A stretch of DNA of 24,000 nucleotides. Source: Candidatus Gastranaerophilales bacterium. GTDB taxonomy: Bacteria > Cyanobacteriota > Vampirovibrionia > Gastranaerophilales > Gastranaerophilaceae. Shown here piece after piece: positions 1 to 6,924 of this stretch. Position 1 is the first letter of the stretch. Each line of letters begins with the position of its first letter. The position numbers and the translations under genes were made by a program. Below the pieces are notes generated by a model. That model was not told where the DNA came from, ran no database searches, and saw only the letters and a program-made list of their open reading frames with translations. The stretch lies in the NCBI GenBank assembly GCA_910586855.1, contig CAJUJH010000001.1, positions 807,393 through 831,392 of the forward strand. The letters are read 5' to 3'.

Positions 1-558
1 GAGAATTAAGCGCAGAAATACTCAATGGTGAATACTCACTTGCACCCTCAAGTCTTATTTGAAGAAAAGTATTGTTTGTTGCTTTTTTGTATTCTTCAAG
101 TGCTTTTTGCCTTTCTATTTCAAATGAGGTTATTGTTTTTTCGGGTGTAGATTCTTCGGCAGCACTTTCGTTATTTGCAGAATCACTTCCTGCAGGAGGT
201 GATGTTTTTATTTCAATATCTTTACCATCCTTATTTGTTACCATATTGATAAGATTTTTTGCCAGGGCAGCCAGTTGGTTTTCCTTGCCGGCAATTCCAA
301 CATTTTCACAAAATGCGACTATTTCTTCATCAGTGATATCTCCGTCTTTATTCACATCTAGTTCGCTTAAAATAACATTTATCTCTCTTGCATCCAGACC
401 ATCATTAAAGTTAAGATTCCAAGCGTCATTTTGATAATGTCCTTCAAGGGCGCTTATTGTTTTGTTTTCAAGTCCTTCTGTATTATATACGGAACTTTTT
501 TTATTATTTGATTATCCTGTAGATTAACAAATCCTGAAAGATTAATACCATTGTTCAT
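1..558 (-). CDS. EF-hand (Ca2+-binding loop) protein, 5' part. It runs off the left window edge and its reading frame is interrupted at an A7 tract.
   Basis: Not in the ORF track. On the minus strand, GGAG (rc of 568-571) lies 9 nt before the ATG at 558-556. That frame stops after 34 codons (TAA, rc of 454-456). The -1 frame is open from 511 to position 1 (>165 codons: ..SSVYNTEGLENKTISALEGHYQNDAWNLNFNDGLDAREINVILSELDVNKDGDITDEEIVAFCENVGIAGKENQ..). It contains a canonical 12-residue EF-hand loop, DVNKDGDITDEE (323-358). The two frames meet at T7/A7 (496-502). The plus-strand ORF 72-434 is its antisense shadow. Confidence 0.55.
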
Positions 559-594
559 TAATTACCACTCCTTTTAACTTATATTTATATTATC

Positions 595-609
595 GGGGGG
601 GGGGGGGGG
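595..609. repeat. Homopolymeric G15 (C15 on the minus strand), 36 nt upstream of the EF-hand gene ATG
   Basis: Direct count: 6 G at 595-600 plus 9 G at 601-609. On the minus strand it lies between TTGTGA-N17-TAAAGT (rc of 635-640 / 612-617) and GATAAT (rc of 589-594). Confidence 0.95.
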
Positions 610-715
610 TAACTTTAGGATAATTTTTAAAAATTCACAAAAATTTACAAAATATTTAAATATGATTTATCCATACACTTATTAGTTTGTTTTTATTTAA
701 AATCATAAAATAAAC

Positions 716-755
716 AATAAAAATCAGAGTCTGATTTAATTTTCAGACTCTGATT
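716..755 (-). terminator. Rho-independent terminator of the 837-aa gene
   Basis: Perfect 13-bp inverted repeat, aatcagagtctga (722-734) / tcagactctgatt (743-755), with an 8-nt loop. On the minus strand it is followed by TTTTTATTGTTTATTTT. Confidence 0.8.
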
Positions 756-769
756 AATATATTATTTAA

Positions 770-3283
770 CTATTTTTGGTCACCGTAGGTTTCGTATCCT
801 TTTTTCTTCATTTCATCAATTACGGTGTCGTTGATGGCTTCATCAAGACCTTCGCCTTTATCGTTGAACCATCCACTGTACTCGCCTTCGTTGTTATAGT
901 TATCTTCATCTGGCGTGTCTACACCTTCCAGTGAGCCTTCACCAAATGTTGCACCACCAACCGCTTTTGCTAAATCTGCAGCATCATTAAGTTCTTGTTT
1001 AATGCGGTCATTAAATGCTTTTTCTTCATCTTTGTCAATCAATATGTCACCATTTCCGCCGTTTTTCTCTTTGAGCTCGGTTGCTTGTGTGTGAATTTTT
1101 TCGGCTAAATCATATACTGATTGCATTTTGTCATTTAATGGGTCATTGTATGCTTTTTCAACATCGGCTTCAGATAATTGAGAGAACATATTTGTACCCA
1201 TAACCGCATCGTTTTCAAGAGTTGCTGCTATGTAATCATCATCTTCCATTGCTTGTTCTGCAGTGAAGTTATTGCCGTTCATTGTTACATTAAACGTTGT
1301 TTGAACCTGAGTATTATTAATGTTGTATGAATCTTCATTATTTGTTGGTGTCAGGTCAATCTTTGTAATTCCTGCATCCCAGGCACTTATGAAGCTTTGT
1401 TGAACACTTACGGTTCCATCGCCGTTATCAATTTCTTTAAGCTGCATCATCATAATTCCGCTTAAAGCTTCTTCGCCTTCGATAACGTTTTGACCTTCAG
1501 GAATGCCGTATTTTGTGCGGAATCCTGCCATACCTTCATCGTTATCTGAACCTAGAAGGTCTGTAATGCCGTCATATGTGCCATTACCATCATCTGCCAT
1601 AAAGTATAATCTGCTATCACCGTTTTTAATAGATATCGGGTCTGATCTGCCTGTGTCATTAACATCATTTTGAGTGGTTTTTGTTGATTGGATAACCTGA
1701 GAATCCTCCCATTGACCACCTTTTCCTGTGAAGCTCTTGATTTTTTCTGCAAGAGGAGTGTAGCTTGGGTCTGAATTAAATCTTACGCCGCCTTGACCTT
1801 GTTCAAAATCTTTTTGTTCACCCAATGAATAACCTATATCAAGACCGGGGAAGAATTGGTCGAGAGTATACATTGCTTCTTTGAATGAGAATCCGCCTGC
1901 TGCAAGTTCATCAACAAGTTTCATTGCATTTGCCATATCTTTTTCATTGGCAGGAGCAGTGCTTACCTCAGGCATTCCTGCTGTATTGTTTGCAATAGAC
2001 ATCACTGCTGTAAATATTTCCGGACCTCTGCCTGTAATTGTTCTGCCGGCAGCAGTTCGTTCATCCGGTGTACCATGACCGTATGGTACGGTATAGTTTC
2101 CGTTACCATTATCTTTAATGCCTATTCCGCCAAATGCATCAGCCAATATAGACATTATTTCACTGTTTGTTGCGCCGTTTTCCGCTAATTGCCATACAAG
2201 GCTGCCTTCCTGAATGGTTGTAGCATCTTTTTTGTCTCCAAATAATGCAGTTTCTAATGCCTGCATCATAGTATTATCTTTGCCGTAAGCATATTGGTCG
2301 CCTGAACCATGGGTTGTATTACCTGCTAAATCTTTGATTTGTTGTGTTATATTTCCTATGTTGCCGTCATTTCTTGTAGCGGCTTTGCCATCATTTGTAA
2401 CTTGGTTGTTATCGTTTCTGTCATTTAAATCAATACCATATTTATCAGCAAGCTCAGCAATTTTTGTTTCTTTTTCATATGTGAAAACAGGAACCTTTGA
2501 ATCATTATTTGCGTTAGAATAATAATTGTTATTTTGAGCAGTCATATTGCCCTTTTGCTGATTTAATACATTAATAATGGCTGAGGCATTCTTTAAGCCT
2601 TTCATTGCATTATCGCTATCTGAAATACATCTGTCGATATCTACCATATATTTATTCAAAGTACTGTTTTCGTTACCCATATCTTGATATAATTTTGCAA
2701 TATCAGCAAGACTTGAGTCTCCACTCATAAGACTGTCCAGGCTCGCATTAAATGTTTCTTTAAATGTTGTATTAACGCCAGCTTGTCTGTTTCTTTTTGT
2801 TTTATCGACAGCATCCGTAATGGCTTGACTGATTGCACTTTGTAATTGCTTTTCATATTTATTTTGTCTGCCGATGATATCCATACTGATATCACCAATC
2901 TTATCGCCGGTTTCACCAATTTCTTTATTTATTTTTGCAAGCTCTGTTTCATATTCTTTAAGCTTTGCTTCCCATTTTTCAATTTCATCATTAATATTTT
3001 TAATTTGTTTATCGATATCATCTATTGCTTTTTGACCGCCATTATTGTAGGTTTCTGTTCCCCAAAGAGTAAAATCGCCTTTGCTGATATCAGCTAAACC
3101 TGAAGCTAAACCATCTTTTTCTTTCATCCAATCTTGTACTTGTTTTAGCATGTCTGCTTGTACGTTTTGTGTTTTTGAAATGTCAGTTGCCATCTTCTTT
3201 AAATCCTTTCGCACTTTATTAAATACTTTATTGTCTTTAATTTTGCTGTATATATCAAATATATACATAGTGTTTTTCGGCAT
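770..3283 (-). CDS. Large orphan acidic, Asn/Asp-rich protein with an N-terminal coiled-coil region; no recognisable signal peptide
   Basis: 837-codon ORF. The N-terminal ~180 aa show heptad-like charge patterns (DKQIKNINDEIEKWEAKLKEYETELAKINKEIGETGDKIG). The centre and C-terminus are rich in D/N/G, with Ca-loop-like stretches (MADDGNGTYDGITDLLGSDNDEG). The start is uncertain. The ATG at 3283 lies 6 nt after a hairpin. M31 (ATG, rc of 3191-3193) has GAAAGGA upstream. Confidence 0.8.
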   Translation of the reverse strand: MPKNTMYIFDIYSKIKDNKVFNKVRKDLKKMATDISKTQNVQADMLKQVQDWMKEKDGLASGLADISKGDFTLWGTETYNNGGQKAIDDIDKQIKNINDEIEKWEAKLKEYETELAKINKEIGETGDKIGDISMDIIGRQNKYEKQLQSAISQAITDAVDKTKRNRQAGVNTTFKETFNASLDSLMSGDSSLADIAKLYQDMGNENSTLNKYMVDIDRCISDSDNAMKGLKNASAIINVLNQQKGNMTAQNNNYYSNANNDSKVPVFTYEKETKIAELADKYGIDLNDRNDNNQVTNDGKAATRNDGNIGNITQQIKDLAGNTTHGSGDQYAYGKDNTMMQALETALFGDKKDATTIQEGSLVWQLAENGATNSEIMSILADAFGGIGIKDNGNGNYTVPYGHGTPDERTAAGRTITGRGPEIFTAVMSIANNTAGMPEVSTAPANEKDMANAMKLVDELAAGGFSFKEAMYTLDQFFPGLDIGYSLGEQKDFEQGQGGVRFNSDPSYTPLAEKIKSFTGKGGQWEDSQVIQSTKTTQNDVNDTGRSDPISIKNGDSRLYFMADDGNGTYDGITDLLGSDNDEGMAGFRTKYGIPEGQNVIEGEEALSGIMMMQLKEIDNGDGTVSVQQSFISAWDAGITKIDLTPTNNEDSYNINNTQVQTTFNVTMNGNNFTAEQAMEDDDYIAATLENDAVMGTNMFSQLSEADVEKAYNDPLNDKMQSVYDLAEKIHTQATELKEKNGGNGDILIDKDEEKAFNDRIKQELNDAADLAKAVGGATFGEGSLEGVDTPDEDNYNNEGEYSGWFNDKGEGLDEAINDTVIDEMKKKGYETYGDQK

Positions 3284-3288
3284 TTCAA

Positions 3289-3318
3289 AATAAGAACTTG
3301 AGGAATTCGGTTCTTATT
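3289..3318 (-). terminator. Hairpin after the GT-C-like gene (possible terminator or attenuator)
   Basis: aataagaac (3289-3297) pairs with gttcttatt (3310-3318) across a 12-nt loop. On the minus strand it is followed by TTTTG and then the ATG of the next gene. Confidence 0.45.
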
Positions 3319-3336
3319 GTTACAAAAATTAATAAA

Positions 3337-5469
3337 CTATTTTTCTTTAGTTGAAAATGAAAGATTGGCGGTGTTTTTCCAGATTATATATTGTAAATAT
3401 TGGGTTTTATTATCAATATCTTTGTAGCTTGTTCTTATATTATACACAGGGGTAAAGCTTGCATTTTCAAGCTTTTTATAAGGAATCCCGCACTGAATTA
3501 ATACAACTTTATTGTTTTGTTCACTCTTTTCAAAGTAGCAGTTTTTCGGGTATTTTTTTTCTAAAAGCGCCTGTTTATCCTTGTTGTTAAATGCATTTAT
3601 ATCTTGATTAGGATATGGGGTGATTATATAATCATATTTTTTAACAATATCTGCATTAAATCTGGAAAGTATTAATTCATCAGCTTTTATATGTTTTTTG
3701 GCAGCAATAAATATTGCAAGCTGTGTTAGGGCATAATTGTTGTGAAATATTCCAACAGTTTTATATTCTTCAATATATGAAAACAATGTTCCATATATTT
3801 TGCAATCAGGTTTGTATCTTTTAAAAAAATCATAATTAAGACATCTAACATTATATGTAAATGTGTTAAAATTTCTTTCTTTTTTATACATATCTAAAAG
3901 GCTGTAAAATGGTCTGGCAGCCAAGTGCCCAGATGCAACAAGGAAATAAAACATTGCAAATATTATAACCAAAGTTTTATAGAAATTGTTCTTTTTGAAA
4001 TAGGTAAATATTAATACCGGTGTGCTTATTACTACAAAAGTTGTAATAAATCTTATGCTATAAACCATATATCCTATTGCAAAACTTAATACAACAATGT
4101 TTATATAAAATAAAAGCCCTAATACAGGTATTATAATCTTATTTTCTTGTATATTTTTTCTGTATATTAATTTTGTGATTAATAATGCAATAGATAATAA
4201 AATTGCTGGTATGAGTGCTAAAATACCAGTTATCCCAAAGCCTATAAATTGTTCCGAGAGAGATGAGTTTAAAGATTCCATTCTCATAAGAACCCCTGTC
4301 TCCTGTGGTATATGCAAAATAGCAAATAGGGCACTTTGAACTTTATACATTAAAGGGGTTAAATATATTCCCCAAGTAAAACCTGAGAAATCTATAAGCT
4401 GGATATTATATGTTACAAAATTTGCTAAAAAACCTTTAAAACCGCCAAAAAATCCATGTCCGTTGATTGATATTTCAGAACCCAGCGGGTTTGAATAATC
4501 TATAAGGTTTAAAATATAGTTGTAGCTTGAAAATATTATAAAATTAATTATTAAAAAGCAAATAAATTTTATAAACTTTTTTATTCCCGCTGTTTTCTTC
4601 TTGAATATCAGGTAAATAAAATATGCTGCTAAAAGCGGCAATCCTGCCATAAATGCCGTACTTTTTACGCCAAGCGCTATTGCAAAAGAAAGGCTTGAAA
4701 AATATCCTTTTATTATATTGTCTTGTTTTACATAATCAATAAAAAATAGTACCGAATAAAAAAGTAAAACACCTGTCAATAAATCAGTCTGAGTGCTTGA
4801 AATTTGAGCAATTATACCGGCAAACGATGAAAATATGAAAATTGCCCATAATCGTTTTCTGTATGATATCTTAAATTTTTCTAAAAAGGTCCAAATGCCT
4901 GCTATTCCAAAAAAGTAACTTGAAAATTGTAAAAATCCAAAACCAAAATCTTTATTTGTAAGTGAAAAAATCCAAGTATAAATAAGTTCTGAATTAATCG
5001 GCATAACATGGTTTCTGATGTCTGCAGTATCAAAATGATGTATAAAACCTTTTTGTGCCCAAATAAGAGCTCTGTATGTGTGATAACTTAAAGCATCCGG
5101 TTCATTTACAGGTAAAAAAGCACATAAAATAAAACTTATTACTATTAAAAAAATAAATCCGGCACCTAAAATTGCAAGCCCCTTATCAAGTTTGAAGCAA
5201 TTTAAAATCCTCTCTGCTCTGTTTTTCAGTTCTGTTACATCCGGCTTTAATACGGGTTTTTTATTTTTTAACCACAATATTAATGAAATTATAAAAAATA
5301 TTAAATTTAATAAAATAATTCCAATCGGGCTTATTGCTTTAAAAAGAGACAACAACTCAATATTTAAAATAATGAGTCCTAAAAATATTATAAAAAAATA
5401 CAAAAAGCACCCGGCAAATGCCGACAAAAAATATGAAGTTAAAATAGTTAGCAGCAAGGATAATATCAT
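3337..5469 (-). CDS. Polytopic membrane protein, probably a GT-C fold (ArnT/PMT-like) glycosyltransferase
   Basis: 710 aa with more than 12 predicted hydrophobic helices. An acidic motif (PVNEPDALSYHTYRALIW) follows the early helices, as in the GT-C first loop. There is a soluble C-terminal domain of about 170 aa. The family assignment is inferred from architecture only. Confidence 0.5.
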   Translation of the reverse strand: MILSLLLTILTSYFLSAFAGCFLYFFIIFLGLIILNIELLSLFKAISPIGIILLNLIFFIISLILWLKNKKPVLKPDVTELKNRAERILNCFKLDKGLAILGAGFIFLIVISFILCAFLPVNEPDALSYHTYRALIWAQKGFIHHFDTADIRNHVMPINSELIYTWIFSLTNKDFGFGFLQFSSYFFGIAGIWTFLEKFKISYRKRLWAIFIFSSFAGIIAQISSTQTDLLTGVLLFYSVLFFIDYVKQDNIIKGYFSSLSFAIALGVKSTAFMAGLPLLAAYFIYLIFKKKTAGIKKFIKFICFLIINFIIFSSYNYILNLIDYSNPLGSEISINGHGFFGGFKGFLANFVTYNIQLIDFSGFTWGIYLTPLMYKVQSALFAILHIPQETGVLMRMESLNSSLSEQFIGFGITGILALIPAILLSIALLITKLIYRKNIQENKIIIPVLGLLFYINIVVLSFAIGYMVYSIRFITTFVVISTPVLIFTYFKKNNFYKTLVIIFAMFYFLVASGHLAARPFYSLLDMYKKERNFNTFTYNVRCLNYDFFKRYKPDCKIYGTLFSYIEEYKTVGIFHNNYALTQLAIFIAAKKHIKADELILSRFNADIVKKYDYIITPYPNQDINAFNNKDKQALLEKKYPKNCYFEKSEQNNKVVLIQCGIPYKKLENASFTPVYNIRTSYKDIDNKTQYLQYIIWKNTANLSFSTKEK

Positions 5470-5523
5470 AAGGCAATTATAAGATTAAATATTAAGGTAA
5501 TCAAGAACTATGCTATCGGGTAG

Positions 5524-5552
5524 TTTACATTTGTCCTTAAGATTTTTATTAT
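5524..5552 (+). promoter_or_regulatory. Sigma70-like promoter candidate (TTTACA-N17-TATTAT)
   Basis: TTTACA at 5524-5529, a 17-nt spacer, and TATTAT at 5547-5552. It would drive a transcript of about 65 nt ending at the 5592-5624 terminator. Confidence 0.3.
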
Positions 5553-5591
5553 AACTATTGTGCATATTCCACTCTCACTCGTAAACTGTTT

Positions 5592-5624
5592 AACCGATTT
5601 CCTTTCTGGAGGTCGGTTTTTTTT
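5592..5624 (+). terminator. Intrinsic terminator with no annotated gene upstream on this strand
   Basis: 11-bp stem, aaccgatttcc (5592-5602) / ggaggtcggtt (5608-5618), including 2 G-U pairs. The loop is tttct. A T8 run (5617-5624) follows, with its first two Ts closing the stem. Confidence 0.7.
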
Positions 5625-5632
5625 GTTATAAT
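5624..5632 (+). promoter_or_regulatory. Extended -10 box TGTTATAAT
   Basis: TGnTATAAT consensus, directly downstream of the terminator T-run. It would start a transcript near 5640. Confidence 0.35.
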
Positions 5633-5657
5633 TTCATTAAGGGTAAACTTCTGCTTG

Positions 5658-5702
5658 CCTCCTCCGACACATGCTGGTTAAGAGATAAAATCGGAAAGGA
5701 GG
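5658..5702 (+). promoter_or_regulatory. 5'-UTR hairpin that sequesters the Shine-Dalgarno site of the small ORF
   Basis: CCTCCTCCGA (5658-5667) pairs with TCGGAAAGGAGG (5691-5702), giving 10 bp with a 2-nt bulge. The 3' arm is the only SD for the ATG at 5709. Confidence 0.4.
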
Positions 5703-5708
5703 TAATGA

Positions 5709-5786
5709 ATGATTTTCAGTATTTCTGAAAAAGCGCTATTGCTTATCTTGTTGATAATCATAGCGCTTACAAAAATCATTAAATAG
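5709..5786 (+). CDS. Unannotated 25-aa hydrophobic peptide (MIFSISEKALLLILLIIIALTKIIK), a type I toxin-like small membrane peptide candidate
   Basis: GGAGG lies 6 nt upstream of the ATG at 5709. The ORF is 26 codons ending in TAG (5784-5786). The peptide has a single predicted TM helix with a Lys-rich C-terminus, and a terminator lies 10 nt downstream. It is too short for the ORF track. Confidence 0.4.
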   Translation: MIFSISEKALLLILLIIIALTKIIK

Positions 5787-5794
5787 GGAGTTAA

Positions 5795-5830
5795 GAAAGG
5801 CTTGAAGAGATGCTGCTCTTTGAGCCTTTT
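5795..5830. terminator. Bidirectional terminator hairpin shared by recR (minus) and the small ORF (plus)
   Basis: 13-bp stem, aaggcttgaagag (5797-5809) / ctctttgagcctt (5816-5828), with 2 G-U pairs. It has T-rich flanks on both strands. Confidence 0.65.
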
Positions 5831-5878
5831 CCCTATATCTATATTATAAACCTCATTAATGCTTTGTCAATCATATCA

Positions 5879-6490
5879 TTACATCTCGCATCTTGCTTCT
5901 AATGCTTTTATGAGTGTTAATTCATCCGCATATTCTAATTCAGAGCCTAAAGGAATACCGAATGCTATTCTTGAAATCTTTATTCCAAAAGGTTTTAAAA
6001 GTTTATTAAGATACATGCTTGTAGCTTCCCCCTCAACAGAAGGGTTTAGAGCCAATATGACTTCTTTAATGTCATCTTTATGTACTCTTGTTAATAATTC
6101 TTTAATCCTGATATCATCAGGGCCGATGCCGTCAATTGGGGAGATTAACCCTTGCAGGACATGATAAAGCCCGTTGTATTCATTTGTTTTTTCTATAGCG
6201 ATTAAATCTTTAGTCTCTCCGACTACACAAATAATTTCCCTGTTTCTTGCAGAATTTTGGCAAATTTCACAAGGATTTGAAGATGACATATTAAAACAAA
6301 CATCACAATAATTTATAGTGGTTTTGGCTTCAATCATTGATTCTGCAAATTTTTCCACCTCATTTAACGGCATCTTTAAAAGATGCAGTGCAAGTCTTTG
6401 TGCTGTCTTTGGACCAATTGAAGGCAGTTTTTGAAAATATTCAATTAATTTTGCAAGCGGTTTTGTATATTCCAAACTTTTAAACTCCAT
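5879..6490 (-). CDS. recR: Recombination protein RecR
   Basis: 203 aa. It has an N-terminal HhH (LPSIGPKTAQRLALHLL), a Cys4 zinc finger (CDVCFNMSSSNPCEIC) and a Toprim segment (ICVVGETKDLIAIEKT). Confidence 0.95.
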   Translation of the reverse strand: MEFKSLEYTKPLAKLIEYFQKLPSIGPKTAQRLALHLLKMPLNEVEKFAESMIEAKTTINYCDVCFNMSSSNPCEICQNSARNREIICVVGETKDLIAIEKTNEYNGLYHVLQGLISPIDGIGPDDIRIKELLTRVHKDDIKEVILALNPSVEGEATSMYLNKLLKPFGIKISRIAFGIPLGSELEYADELTLIKALEARCEM

Positions 6491-6538
6491 TCAAAAATAT
6501 GCCCAAGAAAAATTTTCCCGGGCATAAAATTTTATTTC

Positions 6539-6871
6539 TTAAAATAATCCTGGTATGCTTATTCCGCCGGTTGCCTGTTTCATTGATTTTTCCATTTCAG
6601 CTGCAGCTTTTTTTGTAGCATCCTTAATAGCTTCGGCTACTAAGTCTTCAAGCATTTCAATGGTTTCTTTGTCAACACTTTCAGGATTTTCTGAATTAAT
6701 TGCTTCAGGTTTAATTTTAATTGATTTAAACTTAGACTGTCCGTCAAAAATTATTTCAATTGCTCCCCCTGCTGATTGTCCTGTTACTTCAATCTCTTTT
6801 AATGCTTCTTGCGCATCTTTTAATTTTTTTTGCATTTTTTGCGCCTGCTGCATCATTTGAATCATATTCAT
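6539..6871 (-). CDS. ybaB: Nucleoid-associated protein YbaB/EbfC
   Basis: 110 aa. The pattern MMQQAQKMQKKLKDAQEAL...GQSAGGAIEI is typical of the family. The position directly upstream of recR is conserved. The RBS is GGGGAGA, 8 nt upstream. Confidence 0.9.
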   Translation of the reverse strand: MNMIQMMQQAQKMQKKLKDAQEALKEIEVTGQSAGGAIEIIFDGQSKFKSIKIKPEAINSENPESVDKETIEMLEDLVAEAIKDATKKAAAEMEKSMKQATGGISIPGLF

Positions 6872-6924
6872 TATAATTTTCTCCCCATTGTCATTCTAAA
6901 AGTCATGTTATAATTACTTATTAT

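Noticed and set aside
72-434. 120-aa plus-strand ORF from the track
   Set aside because: It is the antisense shadow of the minus-strand EF-hand reading frame. That frame has an SD and ATG upstream, a canonical EF-hand loop, and is open to the window edge. The plus-strand product is low-complexity Ser/Phe/Leu.
1552-3293. Short ORFs nested in or antisense to the 837-aa gene (1552-1752, 1881-2078, 2334-2522, 2725-2919, 2846-3097, 3081-3293)
   Set aside because: They lie entirely inside a long uninterrupted ORF, their products are hydrophobic or low-complexity, and none has a ribosome-binding site.
5640-5690. Possible SRP (4.5S) RNA: the minus strand reads AACCAGCAUGUGUCGGAGGAGGCAAGCAG, which resembles the conserved ACCAGGUCAGGUCCGGAAGGAAGCAGC of SRP domain IV
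   Set aside because: The flanks cannot form the helix-8 pairing, the loop is GGAG rather than GNRA, and the symmetric-loop residues are missing. The similarity is better explained by the anti-SD/SD hairpin on the plus strand.
5705-5728. 7-codon ORF (MNDFQYF) starting at the first ATG after the SD
   Set aside because: The ATG is only 2 nt from GGAGG, which is too close for initiation. The second ATG (5709) has proper spacing and gives the longer hydrophobic peptide.
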